Assembly: GCA_039683575.1 (NCBI GenBank)
Contig: JBDKRC010000134.1
Location: forward strand, 1 to 27,480
DNA from: Armatimonadia bacterium
Lineage (GTDB): Bacteria; Armatimonadota; Zipacnadia; Zipacnadales; UBA11051
DNA length: 27,480 nucleotides
Reading direction: 5' to 3'
The translations under genes were made by a program, and so were the position numbers. The notes below the pieces were generated by a model. The model saw only the letters and a program-made list of their open reading frames with translations. It ran no database searches and was not told where the DNA came from. Position 1 is the stretch's first letter, and each line of letters begins with the position of its first letter. Shown piece after piece: positions 1 to 8,716 of this stretch.

Positions 1-66
1 CCGGACAAGCTGACGGTGGCGGCGGTGAACCAGTATCTGGCGCTTAAGGCACGGGGGCAGCTGTGA
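1..66 (+). CDS. C-terminal fragment of a probable DUF58-family protein (partial, runs off the window start)
   Basis: Frame 1 reads PDKLTVAAVNQYLALKARGQL-TGA, resembling the 'N.YL..KARG.L*' C-terminus of DUF58 proteins. A terminator hairpin follows. Confidence 0.55.
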   Translation, partial: PDKLTVAAVNQYLALKARGQL

Positions 67-92
67 GCGGGAGCAACTGGTCCTCGGTCCCG

Positions 93-134
93 AAAAGCAA
101 AAGAGACAGGGCAAAGGCCCTGTCTCATTCTCTT
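93..134. terminator. Intrinsic terminator between convergent genes, probably bidirectional
   Basis: Perfect 10-bp stem GAGACAGGGC (103-112) / GCCCTGTCTC (117-126) with a 4-nt loop. The A-tract AAAAGCAAAA on the left is a U-tract on the - strand; the right side is pyrimidine-rich. Confidence 0.8.
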
Positions 135-147
135 CATCAAGGCAAGC

Positions 148-825
148 CTACTTGGGCGAGGGCAGCCGGCGTGCAGGCAACTCGTAGATCTGCGCGCCCT
201 TGTAGGCCCCCTCATAGCTTCCGGTGTATCCCCTGCCTTTGCCCTTCACCACCGTCGCCTTCAGCCAGGCAGCATGTCCGTCCATGAAGGTGAAGATAGC
301 CCCCCGGTTATGTATGATCACACCGAAGTACGAGGAGGCTGGCCACAGCACACGGCTGCCGGAAGTAGCGCCCGGCCCCGACCACGGGCAGCCACTGTCA
401 GCCAACACGGCCAGTTGCGTCGGGCTAGGTAGCCTCTGAGGCTCCACCGGCCCGGCCAACAGGTACTCATTGATGCCGTAGGTGACAGGAAAGCCCGGCG
501 GGCGCACGGCTGTTAGTTCGTATTGTGCCGGATCGGCGCTGCGACACACGAATGCCCCCGGCCCCTCCAACTCCATGTATGGCAGCAGCGGGACGGCCCA
601 GTGTACACAGTTGGCAGCCCATCTGCGGGTGCAGTACGGGTAGCCGTCATTCTCGCTGCTGTACTGCACCAGCGCCAGGAAGATCTGCCGCTGGTTTGTC
701 ATGCAGTTTGCCTGCTTCGCCTTCTCGCGAGTTCGCAGTATGACAGGCACGACGATGGCGGCCACCACGCACACGATGACTATCACCACGAGCAACTCGA
801 CGAGGCTGAAGCCATGCCGTCTCAT
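148..825 (-). CDS. Prepilin-type N-terminal cleavage/methylation protein, DUF1559 / H-X9-DG family
   Basis: MRRHG|FSLVELLVVIVIV class III signal; REKAKQANCMTNQRQI helix; TYGIN motif; C-terminal HNRGAIFTFMDGH (H-X9-DG). Start set at ATG 825 (ATG 852 is an alternative); the ORF-track start at 957 runs through an intergenic hairpin. Confidence 0.85.
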   Translation of the reverse strand: MRRHGFSLVELLVVIVIVCVVAAIVVPVILRTREKAKQANCMTNQRQIFLALVQYSSENDGYPYCTRRWAANCVHWAVPLLPYMELEGPGAFVCRSADPAQYELTAVRPPGFPVTYGINEYLLAGPVEPQRLPSPTQLAVLADSGCPWSGPGATSGSRVLWPASSYFGVIIHNRGAIFTFMDGHAAWLKATVVKGKGRGYTGSYEGAYKGAQIYELPARRLPSPK

Positions 826-869
826 AAAGTCGGCTCCGGAATACGGCTGCATTCTCAAGCGTAGAGAGT

Positions 870-898
870 GTTCGCCGCCAGGGCAGCGATTCCCCTTC
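870..898 (-). promoter_or_regulatory. Putative sigma-H-like promoter (GAAGG-N19-CGAAC) of the prepilin-like gene
   Basis: Same motif as at 6487-6514, 12345-12372 and 18150-18177. Confidence 0.4.
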
Positions 899-900
899 TT

Positions 901-991
901 GAGATAGAAAACAGAAAACGGAAAATAGCTCGAGGAGCCGCTGCGTAGCGTGGCCACTCGGACTGTTTTCCGTTTCCTGTGTCCTGTTCTC
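901..991. repeat. Heptamer-repeat inverted-repeat hairpin downstream of phoU
   Basis: Left arm TAGAAAA-CAGAAAA-CGGAAAA-TAG; right arm CTG-TTTTCCG-TTTCCTG-TGTCCTG-TTCTC. The arms are imperfectly complementary around a GC-rich inner stem. Confidence 0.7.
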
Positions 992-1005
992 GCCTCTTGT
1001 GGCCT

Positions 1006-1701
1006 CTACTCCACTGGCGGAAGGACGTCACTCTCCTCCGCGTCATCAGACTTCTGCAAGTGCCCCGTCTCAATGTAGATGACGCGTTCGGCAACGTTTT
1101 GAATGTGGTCGGCTATGCGCTCAAGGTACCGGGCCACCAGGAGCAGCATCACTGCCTGCGGCACTGTCTCCGGCCGCTCCTGCATGATCTGCTCCAACTC
1201 CTTGAGCAGCAGGTACCACACCTCGTCGACCTGGTTATCCAGCTTGACCACTTCCCGCGCCAGGTCCATGTCCCGCCGCACCAGTGCCTCCAGCGCCCGC
1301 CGCAGCATCTGGCGGACGATGTCGCTCATCCGCGGAATGTCCACCAGCGGCTTGAAGTACTCCGTGTCGGCCATACTGATGGCGGCCTTGGCGATGTCCA
1401 CAGAGTAGTCGCCGATGCGCTCGACATCGGCGATGACCTTCATGGTCGTGCCGATCATGCGCAGATCGCGAGACATGGGCTGCTGCAGGGCCAGCAGGCG
1501 CATGCAGAACTGCTCGATCTCCAGGTCCATGTCATCGGCCGTGTCGTCATCAGCTATCACTTCGCGAGCCAGGTTGAGGTCCTGGTCAGCCAGAGCGCGA
1601 ATCGCCTTCTCCAGCATGGCCTCCACGAAGGCGCCGAACTGCAGAAGCTTCTGCTCAAGCTGTGATAGCTGCTCATCAAAGGCTTTTCGGGTGCGGATCA
1701 T
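1006..1701 (-). CDS. phoU: Phosphate signalling complex protein PhoU
   Basis: Two PhoU repeats: LLALQQPMSRDLR...DVERIGDY and ARYLERIADHIQNVAERV. Last gene of the pst operon. Confidence 0.96.
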   Translation of the reverse strand: MIRTRKAFDEQLSQLEQKLLQFGAFVEAMLEKAIRALADQDLNLAREVIADDDTADDMDLEIEQFCMRLLALQQPMSRDLRMIGTTMKVIADVERIGDYSVDIAKAAISMADTEYFKPLVDIPRMSDIVRQMLRRALEALVRRDMDLAREVVKLDNQVDEVWYLLLKELEQIMQERPETVPQAVMLLLVARYLERIADHIQNVAERVIYIETGHLQKSDDAEESDVLPPVE

Positions 1702-1753
1702 GTCAGTTCACCTGTCCACTATCGCCGTTTCCGCCATCTTTCGCCTATTCCCG

Positions 1754-1841
1754 TGTCATGCTGAGGAGCATCGTCTGCGACGAAGCATCTCGGCTCGGAG
1801 ATCCTTCGCGGCGCAGCACACTGCGCACGCTCGGGATGACA
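1754..1841. repeat. Small palindromic MITE/REP-like element with TGTCAT...ATGACA ends
   Basis: Terminal IR TGTCATGCTGAG (1754-1765) / CTCGGGATGACA (1830-1841). Inner stems CGAAGCATCTC/GAGATCCTTCG and GCGCAG/CTGCGC. Related copy at 13380-13452. Confidence 0.75.
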
Positions 1842-1862
1842 GCAGGAGCAGGCTGCCTTTCC

Positions 1863-2663
1863 TTAGCCAAACCGTCCCCGGATGTAATCGTCGGTCCGTG
1901 AGTCCTGCGGCGTCTCAAACATCTGCTCCGTCTGCCCGTACTCGATCAACTCGCCCATCAGGAAGAATCCGGTGTACTGCGAGACGCGGGACGCCTGGTA
2001 CATGTTGTGGGTCACGATCACAATGGTATAGTCCTTCACCAACTCCAGCATCAGCTCTTCGATGTGAAAGGTGGCTGTAGGGTCGAGGGCACTGGCAGGC
2101 TCGTCCATGAGCAGCACTTCCGGCTGTACGGCGAGTACCCGCGCAATGCACAGCCGCTGCTGCTGCCCTCCCGACAGCCCATAGGCGGACTGTCGCAGCT
2201 TGTCCTTGACCTCATCCCAAAGCGCCGCGCCGCGCAGGCTGCGTTCTACCAGGCTATCGAGGTCCTCCCGGGCCGGCTGGCCATGCAGCCGCGGGCCATA
2301 CGCGATGTTGTCGTAGATTGACATCGGGAACGGGTTGGGCGCCTGAAAGACCATCCCGACACGCTTGCGCAACAGCGCCAGATCGAGCTCCCGGCGGTAG
2401 ATCTCCTCCCCGTCCAGTGTCAGTTCGCCTTCAATACGCACGCCATCAATGACGTCATTCATGCGATTGAAACAGCGCAGGAACGACGACTTGCCGCACC
2501 CGGAGGGGCCGATCAGCGCGGTGATCTGGCGAGAGGGAATCGCCATGCTGATGCCCTTGAGGGCCTTGAAGTCGCCGTAGTACATATCCACGTCGCGCGC
2601 TTCAAGCTTGATCTCGCCCTCGGGATGGATGATGTTCTTCTCCGCAGGCTTAGCGTCGGCCAT
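1863..2663 (-). CDS. pstB: Phosphate ABC transporter ATP-binding protein PstB
   Basis: Walker [56 protein letters not shown], ending DYIRGRFG. Start set at ATG 2663 (MADAKP). Confidence 0.97.
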   Translation of the reverse strand: MADAKPAEKNIIHPEGEIKLEARDVDMYYGDFKALKGISMAIPSRQITALIGPSGCGKSSFLRCFNRMNDVIDGVRIEGELTLDGEEIYRRELDLALLRKRVGMVFQAPNPFPMSIYDNIAYGPRLHGQPAREDLDSLVERSLRGAALWDEVKDKLRQSAYGLSGGQQQRLCIARVLAVQPEVLLMDEPASALDPTATFHIEELMLELVKDYTIVIVTHNMYQASRVSQYTGFFLMGELIEYGQTEQMFETPQDSRTDDYIRGRFG

Positions 2664-2668
2664 GCTTC

Positions 2669-3505
2669 TCACCACCTTTGCCTGCGGCGCAGCCGCGCGC
2701 GGTAGACGATGGCGCCGAGGTTGAGCCCCAGCACGACGACAACCAGTACCAGCGCTGTCGCCCATTTGTTCTCAATCGGTACATCTGGCATCTCCGTTGA
2801 CATGACGAAAAGCTGGTACGGCAGCGCCAACACCGGGTCGAAGACCGAGTTGGGGTAGGGGTCGGTGAGCGAGAAGAACGCTGCTGTGAAGAGAATTGGC
2901 GCGGTCTCCCCGGCGGCGCGGCTGATCGCGAGGATCAGGCCGGTGATGATGCCGGGCAGGGCATTGGGCAGCACCACGCGCCGCACCGTCTGCCACTTCG
3001 TCGCCCCAAGTGCCAGCGAGGCATCCCGAAGCCGCTGCGGCACCTGCCGCAGGGCCTCTTCGGAGGCGCTGACGACCAGCGGCAGCACGAGGAGGGCCAG
3101 GGTGGCGCTGCCGGCTATCAATGACCGCCCGAACTTCATAAGCATCACAAAGAGCGCCAGGCCGAACAGACCGTACACCACCGAGGGCACCCCGGCGAGG
3201 TTCACGATGGACAGGCGGACCAACCGCACTAGCGGCCCGCGCTTGGCGTACTCGCTCAGATACACCGCCGCGGCGATCCCCAGCGGTGCACAGATGACGC
3301 CGGTGAGTGTAACGAGACAGACGGTACCGATGATCGAGGGCAAGAGCGCCTGTGAGCCATGCAGGAACAGCGCCGGGCTGAGGCCCGCGAGCCCCTTCAC
3401 CGCCATCAGCACCACGATGAGCAGCACTGGCAGGGCCACCAGGATCATGGAGGCATAGAGCAGGCCGAAGGCCAGCCGCTGAGCCAGGCGGGGTGGAATT
3501 CTCAT
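2669..3505 (-). CDS. pstA: Phosphate ABC transporter permease PstA
   Basis: [29 protein letters not shown] loop [25 protein letters not shown] at 3505 overlaps the pstC stop (ATGA). Confidence 0.95.
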   Translation of the reverse strand: MRIPPRLAQRLAFGLLYASMILVALPVLLIVVLMAVKGLAGLSPALFLHGSQALLPSIIGTVCLVTLTGVICAPLGIAAAVYLSEYAKRGPLVRLVRLSIVNLAGVPSVVYGLFGLALFVMLMKFGRSLIAGSATLALLVLPLVVSASEEALRQVPQRLRDASLALGATKWQTVRRVVLPNALPGIITGLILAISRAAGETAPILFTAAFFSLTDPYPNSVFDPVLALPYQLFVMSTEMPDVPIENKWATALVLVVVVLGLNLGAIVYRARLRRRQRW

Positions 3506-4401
3506 TCCTTCATCCCCCCGGCCTTGTGAATGACTATGTCGGCGACCATGTTCACGCCCAGGGTGATCAGGAAGAGCAGCAGGCCGACCATGAACAGTGC
3601 AAAGTAGTGCGGGGTCTGGTAGGCCGTCTCCCCCATCTCCGCCGCAATGGTGGCGGTCATGGTGCGGATGGGCTCCATGAAGCCGCGGAGGCCCTCCGGT
3701 ATCACGGCCGCGTTGCCAGTGACCATCAGCACCGTCATCGTCTCCCCAATCGCCCGCCCCAGGCCCAGCAGGCACGCGGCGACGATACCCGACCGACCAG
3801 CGGGGACGACGACCCTGGAGATCGTCTGCCACTCCGTCGCCCCAAGAGCGAGGGAATTGTCGCGGAGGGCGCGGGGGACAGCCGTAAGGGCGTCCTCGGC
3901 CACCGACACAATCGTGGGTACCGCCATGAAGGCCAGCAGTAGCGACCCCAATGCCGCGAACTGTCCGATAGGTAAGTCGAACGTTCGCGCCAGCCACGGC
4001 CCCACCATCAGCAGGCCGATGAAGCCAAAGACCACTGAGGGGACTGCCGCCAGCAGCTCGACCGCCGGCTTAAGAACCTCACGCCACCGCGGCGGAGCCA
4101 CTTCCGCGATGAAGATCGCCGCTCCCAGCCCCAGCGGCACCGACAGCACCATGGCGCCGACTGTGACATAGAGCGAGCCAAGCAGCAGCGGCAGCAGGCC
4201 GAACTGCGGCGGCTCCGACGTAGGCAGCCAGCGTTTGCCCGCCAGCAGCCCCCCGAGGCTGACCGTCTTCAGCAGCGGCACAGAGTCCCTCACAAGGAAC
4301 AGGAAGATCGCCACCACAAACAGAATCGCGGCGAGCCCCGCCATCAAGATGGCGCGCTCGATGATCCATTCCCAGACTCGCCGCGTGCGGTGCTTCATCA
4401 T
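3502..4401 (-). CDS. pstC: Phosphate ABC transporter permease PstC
   Basis: ELLAAVPSVVFG, SLALGATEWQTI, GRAIGETMTVLMVTGN, RTMTATIAAEMGE. Confidence 0.95.
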   Translation of the reverse strand: MMKHRTRRVWEWIIERAILMAGLAAILFVVAIFLFLVRDSVPLLKTVSLGGLLAGKRWLPTSEPPQFGLLPLLLGSLYVTVGAMVLSVPLGLGAAIFIAEVAPPRWREVLKPAVELLAAVPSVVFGFIGLLMVGPWLARTFDLPIGQFAALGSLLLAFMAVPTIVSVAEDALTAVPRALRDNSLALGATEWQTISRVVVPAGRSGIVAACLLGLGRAIGETMTVLMVTGNAAVIPEGLRGFMEPIRTMTATIAAEMGETAYQTPHYFALFMVGLLLFLITLGVNMVADIVIHKAGGMKE

Positions 4402-4405
4402 TGAG

Positions 4406-5347
4406 CTACTTCGTCTCTGCCTTAACCGGCACGAAGCCGAGTTCCTTCACAATCGCCTGACCTTCGGGGCCCTTGATCCAGTCCAGGTACTCCTTGACCA
4501 TGCCCGAGGGCTCGCCGTTGGTGTAGCAGTACAGGGCGCGCGCGATGGGGTATTTCTTTGACTGCACCGTTTCGACGCTCGGAGCGACGGCCTGCCCGTC
4601 CTCGCCCACAACCTTGAGCACCTTGACGGTGTCATCCACATACCCGAGCCCGACATACCCGATAGCCGTCTTCGTCTGCCCCACCATGCTCAGGATGCCC
4701 TGGTTGGAGGTCTGGTTGAGCGTGCCGGCAGCGAAGTCCCTGTCCTTGGCCTTGCCATGGAGCTGCACGACCATCTCCTTGAAGGCATCATACGTGCCCG
4801 AGGACGAGTCGCGGTTGATGAGTTGGACCTTGCCCAGTCCCTTGGCCCCAACCTCATCCCAGGTTTTGGCCGTGCCCGTATACAGGTCCGAGAGCTGCTG
4901 CAGGCTGATCTCGGTGAGTGGGTTGTCCTTGTGCACGATGATGGCGATGCCATCATGGGCAACCAAGTGCTCAACCGGCGTCACGCCCGCCGCCCTGGCT
5001 TCCTCGATTTCCTTGTCCTTGATCTCACGCGAGGAGTCCGCAATCTCGGTGGTCTTGGAGATGAGGGCCTTGATGCCGGTGCCCGAGCCGCCGCCGGAGA
5101 CGGCGATGTTAACCTCGGGGTGCAGCTTGTTGAACCCCTCCAGCCACTTCTGCGCCAGCGGCAGCAGCGTCGTGGAACCGGTCTGACGGATCGTCGCACC
5201 CGCCGCTGAGGGTGTCGCCGTGGGTCCCGCCATGGGCTGCCCTGGCTGCGGCGTGGTCTGCTGCGCGGGACGGCTGCAGCCGCCCATGACCAGCGCACTG
5301 GCCAATAATACTATCAGTACTCCGACAACAATCGTGTGTCTGCTCAT
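4406..5347 (-). CDS. pstS: Phosphate-binding lipoprotein PstS
   Basis: Lipobox LVMGG-C, P/Q/T-rich linker, GSTTLLP, GGGSGTG, RDSSSGT, IGYVGLGY, YPIARALY. Confidence 0.95.
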   Translation of the reverse strand: MSRHTIVVGVLIVLLASALVMGGCSRPAQQTTPQPGQPMAGPTATPSAAGATIRQTGSTTLLPLAQKWLEGFNKLHPEVNIAVSGGGSGTGIKALISKTTEIADSSREIKDKEIEEARAAGVTPVEHLVAHDGIAIIVHKDNPLTEISLQQLSDLYTGTAKTWDEVGAKGLGKVQLINRDSSSGTYDAFKEMVVQLHGKAKDRDFAAGTLNQTSNQGILSMVGQTKTAIGYVGLGYVDDTVKVLKVVGEDGQAVAPSVETVQSKKYPIARALYCYTNGEPSGMVKEYLDWIKGPEGQAIVKELGFVPVKAETK

Positions 5348-5367
5348 TTTGTACCCTCTCGCTTCCG

Positions 5368-6336
5368 CTAGTATTTCACCTGATACTGCAGGCCAAAGTT
5401 GGTATACTGCTTGCCGTCATAGTCGTCATACCGCTCGCCCTGCAGCGTTACCCGCTCGTTCTTGCTGAGTTCATAGGCCACCCCGAGAGTATTGCGAGAG
5501 AAATCCTCCGGCTGCTGACGATCGAACGTGTCGTACCGGTAGAAGATGGTCGCCGGGGCCTTTGGCAGCGCGTACTCGGCCATCGCGTACCAGCCCTTAG
5601 CGTCCACGTTCAGGATCTCACCGTCATAGTACTCGGCCTGGAAGGCCCAGGTCTTCGGCAGGTCATACCGCACATGCAACCCCAGTACATTCTCACTGCC
5701 AAAGTCCTGCTCGACACCGTCAATCTCGCGCTTGCGGTCAGCCATCATGTACGAGGCGCCCGCTACGCCGCCCTTGCCCACAGGCCACTGCAGGCGAGCG
5801 ATGAAGGCGGAGCTGTCGGTGTCTTCGTTGCCCTTGCTGTCACTGTCGCGCCACTTCTTTAGTCCATTCCCATACCCGAAGCTGGCCATTGGCCGGCCAG
5901 CTTTCTCGGGCGTGTAGTGGAAGTAGAGGCCAGTATCGCGCTCGCCGGGGAACAGCTTGTTGGCCGCCTCGCTCCGCTCGAACGCCAGCCGCCGCGAACT
6001 GGAGGTAGGAACCTCATATCCAAACGGTACAGACGTAAAACCTAGCGTCCCAGTCCACTCTTCGTTAAGCTTCCGCGTGATCAGAGCGTCCTTGAGCTCC
6101 ACGTCGCCGCCGTCGTCATCCAGCTTGCCCAGGTCGAACTGGAGCTTGATCGTCGTCTCTTCGCTGACCGGCCCCTCCGCCTTAATCCGCACCCGCCGCA
6201 GGTCGAACGCATCATCGCTGTCCAGGTCCCCGTCCCAGAAGTTGTACCGCGCCTGTGTATAGCCGCTGAACTTCCATTCCGCGTGCACCGCCCCGCATAC
6301 GGCCAATAGCGCCGTCGCCAGCCCAAACCATCTCAT
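5368..6336 (-). CDS. Outer-membrane porin, phosphate-selective OprO/OprP-like
   Basis: Signal peptide (MRWFGLATALLAVCGAVHA), FSGYTQARY, FDLRRVRI, amphipathic beta-strands and terminal aromatic residue (YQVKY). First gene of the pst operon. GTG 6363 is an alternative start. Confidence 0.8.
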   Translation of the reverse strand: MRWFGLATALLAVCGAVHAEWKFSGYTQARYNFWDGDLDSDDAFDLRRVRIKAEGPVSEETTIKLQFDLGKLDDDGGDVELKDALITRKLNEEWTGTLGFTSVPFGYEVPTSSSRRLAFERSEAANKLFPGERDTGLYFHYTPEKAGRPMASFGYGNGLKKWRDSDSKGNEDTDSSAFIARLQWPVGKGGVAGASYMMADRKREIDGVEQDFGSENVLGLHVRYDLPKTWAFQAEYYDGEILNVDAKGWYAMAEYALPKAPATIFYRYDTFDRQQPEDFSRNTLGVAYELSKNERVTLQGERYDDYDGKQYTNFGLQYQVKY

Positions 6337-6416
6337 TATTCGCGTAATCTGCAAGACTATCACCTCAACCCGGTATTCCGAGTGTGTCTGGCGGCAGGGG
6401 CCCTTCAGCCACCGAT

Positions 6417-6487
6417 GTTAAGCCTATCCTGCCGCCGTTAAGGCAGTCTTGGAGGAAGATTAAGCTCATGTTAAGGCGAGGGTTAAG
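6417..6487 (-). promoter_or_regulatory. Putative Pho-box array (CTTAAY direct repeats) upstream of the porin-pst operon
   Basis: + strand GTTAAG at 6417, 6437, 6470 and 6482, and ATTAAG at 6459. Spacings 20/22/11/12 bp are close to helical turns, as expected for PhoB/OmpR-family sites. Confidence 0.65.
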
Positions 6488-6514
6488 AAGGGTTGTCAGT
6501 TCTGAGCCACGAAT
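6487..6514 (+). promoter_or_regulatory. Putative sigma-H-like promoter (GAAGG-N18-CGAAT) of the heparinase-like gene, probably leaderless
   Basis: The motif ends 9 nt before ATG 6524 and no Shine-Dalgarno is present. Confidence 0.5.
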
Positions 6515-6523
6515 CTTCGAATC

Positions 6524-8644
6524 ATGGCTACCACCAGACTGACGGTACTGCCGGCATTCATCATCCTGGGGCTTACACTCATGTCCACCAGTGCCGCCCA
6601 GCCAGCCGCACCTGACGGCTTCCTCGTCCCGGCTGGCGAGCCGTTCCTGCGCAAGCTCGACCTTACTCGCCCTGAGCTTGCGCCAGTCAAGCAGGCCCTC
6701 GACCGCGGCGACGTACCCGCGGCTGAGGCGGCCTTCATCGCCTACTTCCGGCGCAAGCCGCTCGCCTCGCCGCTGCTGACTAACTGGGACGCCCGTGAGC
6801 GCGATCCGGCTTACCGGAACGCCAGCGCTGAGAAGATCCTCGCTGGTCATATTGACGATGGCTACAGCGTCTATGACGTTCCTTCGACCGGGATAGACTG
6901 GGTGGGCTGCCCACTGTCCTGCCTCACGCGCTTCCCCTTCTTCGGCTCCTTCAGGTGGTCATATCATCACACGCGTGACCCCAAGTATGCTCGGTTCATG
7001 GTTGACCTGCTGCTGCAGTACACGAAGGCCTACCCGATTGAGGAGTTCGTCGGCAAGAAGACCCAGCAGGGCTGGGTCAGCCACACTACGGTGGCCAAGC
7101 CCTGGTACTGGTGCATGATCCCAGAGCGCCTGATGGAGGTTCCGGAGACCCTCGCGCTCGTGCGCCAGGACCCCGCCATCTCTGACCAGGAACTGCTGTC
7201 CATCCTGCACCGGCTCTACCAGGAGGCTGGGTACCTGACGACCGAGATCAAGCACTGGGTGGACCTGCGGCACAACGGCGGCTGCGCGATGATTGAGGCT
7301 CTCGCTGCCACCTCCACCATCCTCTCGGACTTCACCGAGGCGCAGCGCTGGCTCGACTACGATGCCGAACTGGCGCTGCAGTACCTGACCAACTCCTTCT
7401 ACCCCGACGGGATGTGCCTGGAGCTGACCTGCGCGTACTCCGCCGGGGTGTCGCAATCCAACCAGCACATGGCGTACTCGCTGCGCGAGCGGGAGGTCAT
7501 GACGAAGAACAGGGAGCGGGTGGCGGCCCTGATCACTTGCATCGCGGGACTGAGCGATCCGACGGGGTGGCTGCCTTCCTTCGGCGACCTGTACGCCACG
7601 TCACTGTGGACTGGGGTGGACCAGAATGCGGCCGAATGGGCGGGGCTGGACTGGGTAAAGACGCTCCGCACAGGCGGAGAGGGGCCTCTGCCGCCGTTCA
7701 CGGTCTGGCCGCAGCCGGGACAGGAGCAGTGGTGCGGCTACTACACCATGCGCAGCGGCTGGGACAAGCAGGCGCGGTACCTCGCCATTGACGCCGGCCC
7801 CTGGGGCACGACCCACCAGCACGGCGACCGGCTCAGCTTCGTGGTAACGGCGCTGGGGCAGAAGTTCATCATAGACCCCTCCAGCACGCGCTATGCCGCC
7901 AACACGCCAGATTCGTTCATCTCGCGACAGGTCTCGAGCTTCCTGCACAACACCATCACCATAGACGGGGTGGACGAGTTCCGGGGCGACATCCCGCTCG
8001 AGGCCAAAGAGCCGCTGCACAACACCTGGGAGCACGGCGAGGGCTACAGTCTGTTCGCGGGGTCATACTCCTTTGCGCCCCTCAAACCGGTGCAGTGGGA
8101 GCGTAGGGTAGTCTTTGCGGACAAGGCCTACTGGCTGCTGCAGGACGTGCTCACCGGCGGACAGCCCGAGGCGCAAGTCGAGCAGAACTTCCAGTTCGAG
8201 GCCGATATCAACATCACGTTCGAGGGCAACAAGACTGTCGCAGAGGCGCCAAACGGTGCGAGGCTCGTTCTCGTGCCCATGGACCACGACCTCAAGCCCA
8301 CCCTCACCATCGGCGACAAGGTGCCCCACACCACGTACTGGCCCGATGGCAAGCCGAAGCTGGTGCAATGCCGCGAGGACAACCGTGACCAGCAGCACGG
8401 CCGCGGCTGGACCGGTCGCAGCGGCGACAAGCTGCTCCCCGCCCCTGCCGTGACGTACACTGGGCCGGTGAAGCTGCCAGCGACGCTGACTGTGCTGATG
8501 GTGCCGCTGGAGCAGGGACAGGGGCTCGAGGACCTGCCGAAGGTGACCTCACAAGCCGCCGAGGGGAAGGTCCTGTGGACCTTGCCGGGGAAGGAAAGGA
8601 CGCTGCAGGTGGAATGCTCCGCCGGCAGCGTTATTGTTCGGTAA
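6524..8644 (+). CDS. Secreted heparinase II/III-family polysaccharide lyase-like protein
   Basis: Signal peptide; helical N-terminal half with HNGG and FYPDGMCLELT.AYS; GWLPSFGD; YYTMRSGWD; HQHGDRLSF; FIIDP; HNTITIDG. Confidence 0.8.
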   Translation: MATTRLTVLPAFIILGLTLMSTSAAQPAAPDGFLVPAGEPFLRKLDLTRPELAPVKQALDRGDVPAAEAAFIAYFRRKPLASPLLTNWDARERDPAYRNASAEKILAGHIDDGYSVYDVPSTGIDWVGCPLSCLTRFPFFGSFRWSYHHTRDPKYARFMVDLLLQYTKAYPIEEFVGKKTQQGWVSHTTVAKPWYWCMIPERLMEVPETLALVRQDPAISDQELLSILHRLYQEAGYLTTEIKHWVDLRHNGGCAMIEALAATSTILSDFTEAQRWLDYDAELALQYLTNSFYPDGMCLELTCAYSAGVSQSNQHMAYSLREREVMTKNRERVAALITCIAGLSDPTGWLPSFGDLYATSLWTGVDQNAAEWAGLDWVKTLRTGGEGPLPPFTVWPQPGQEQWCGYYTMRSGWDKQARYLAIDAGPWGTTHQHGDRLSFVVTALGQKFIIDPSSTRYAANTPDSFISRQVSSFLHNTITIDGVDEFRGDIPLEAKEPLHNTWEHGEGYSLFAGSYSFAPLKPVQWERRVVFADKAYWLLQDVLTGGQPEAQVEQNFQFEADINITFEGNKTVAEAPNGARLVLVPMDHDLKPTLTIGDKVPHTTYWPDGKPKLVQCREDNRDQQHGRGWTGRSGDKLLPAPAVTYTGPVKLPATLTVLMVPLEQGQGLEDLPKVTSQAAEGKVLWTLPGKERTLQVECSAGSVIVR

Positions 8645-8650
8645 GCCCGA

Positions 8651-8700
8651 GCGGCGGGGTACGAGCCCCCTGCGACGCAGACGTCGCTGCACCCTACAGC
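8651..8700. repeat. Degenerate or chimeric REP-like palindrome
   Basis: GCGGCGGGGTACG-AGCCCCC and CCCTACAGC match the REP at 20391-20421 and flank an extra hairpin GCGACG-CAGA-CGTCGC. Confidence 0.65.
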
Positions 8701-8716
8701 CCGAGGAGCTTCGCAA

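Noticed and set aside
1754-1841. tRNA or riboswitch in the pstB-phoU spacer
   Set aside because: No T-loop or D-loop consensus or known aptamer is recognisable. A second copy in the opposite orientation favours a dispersed repeat.
3506-3997. Apparent 163-aa N-terminal extension of PstA
   Set aside because: It is an alternative frame inside pstC. The real start at 3505 is coupled to the pstC stop.
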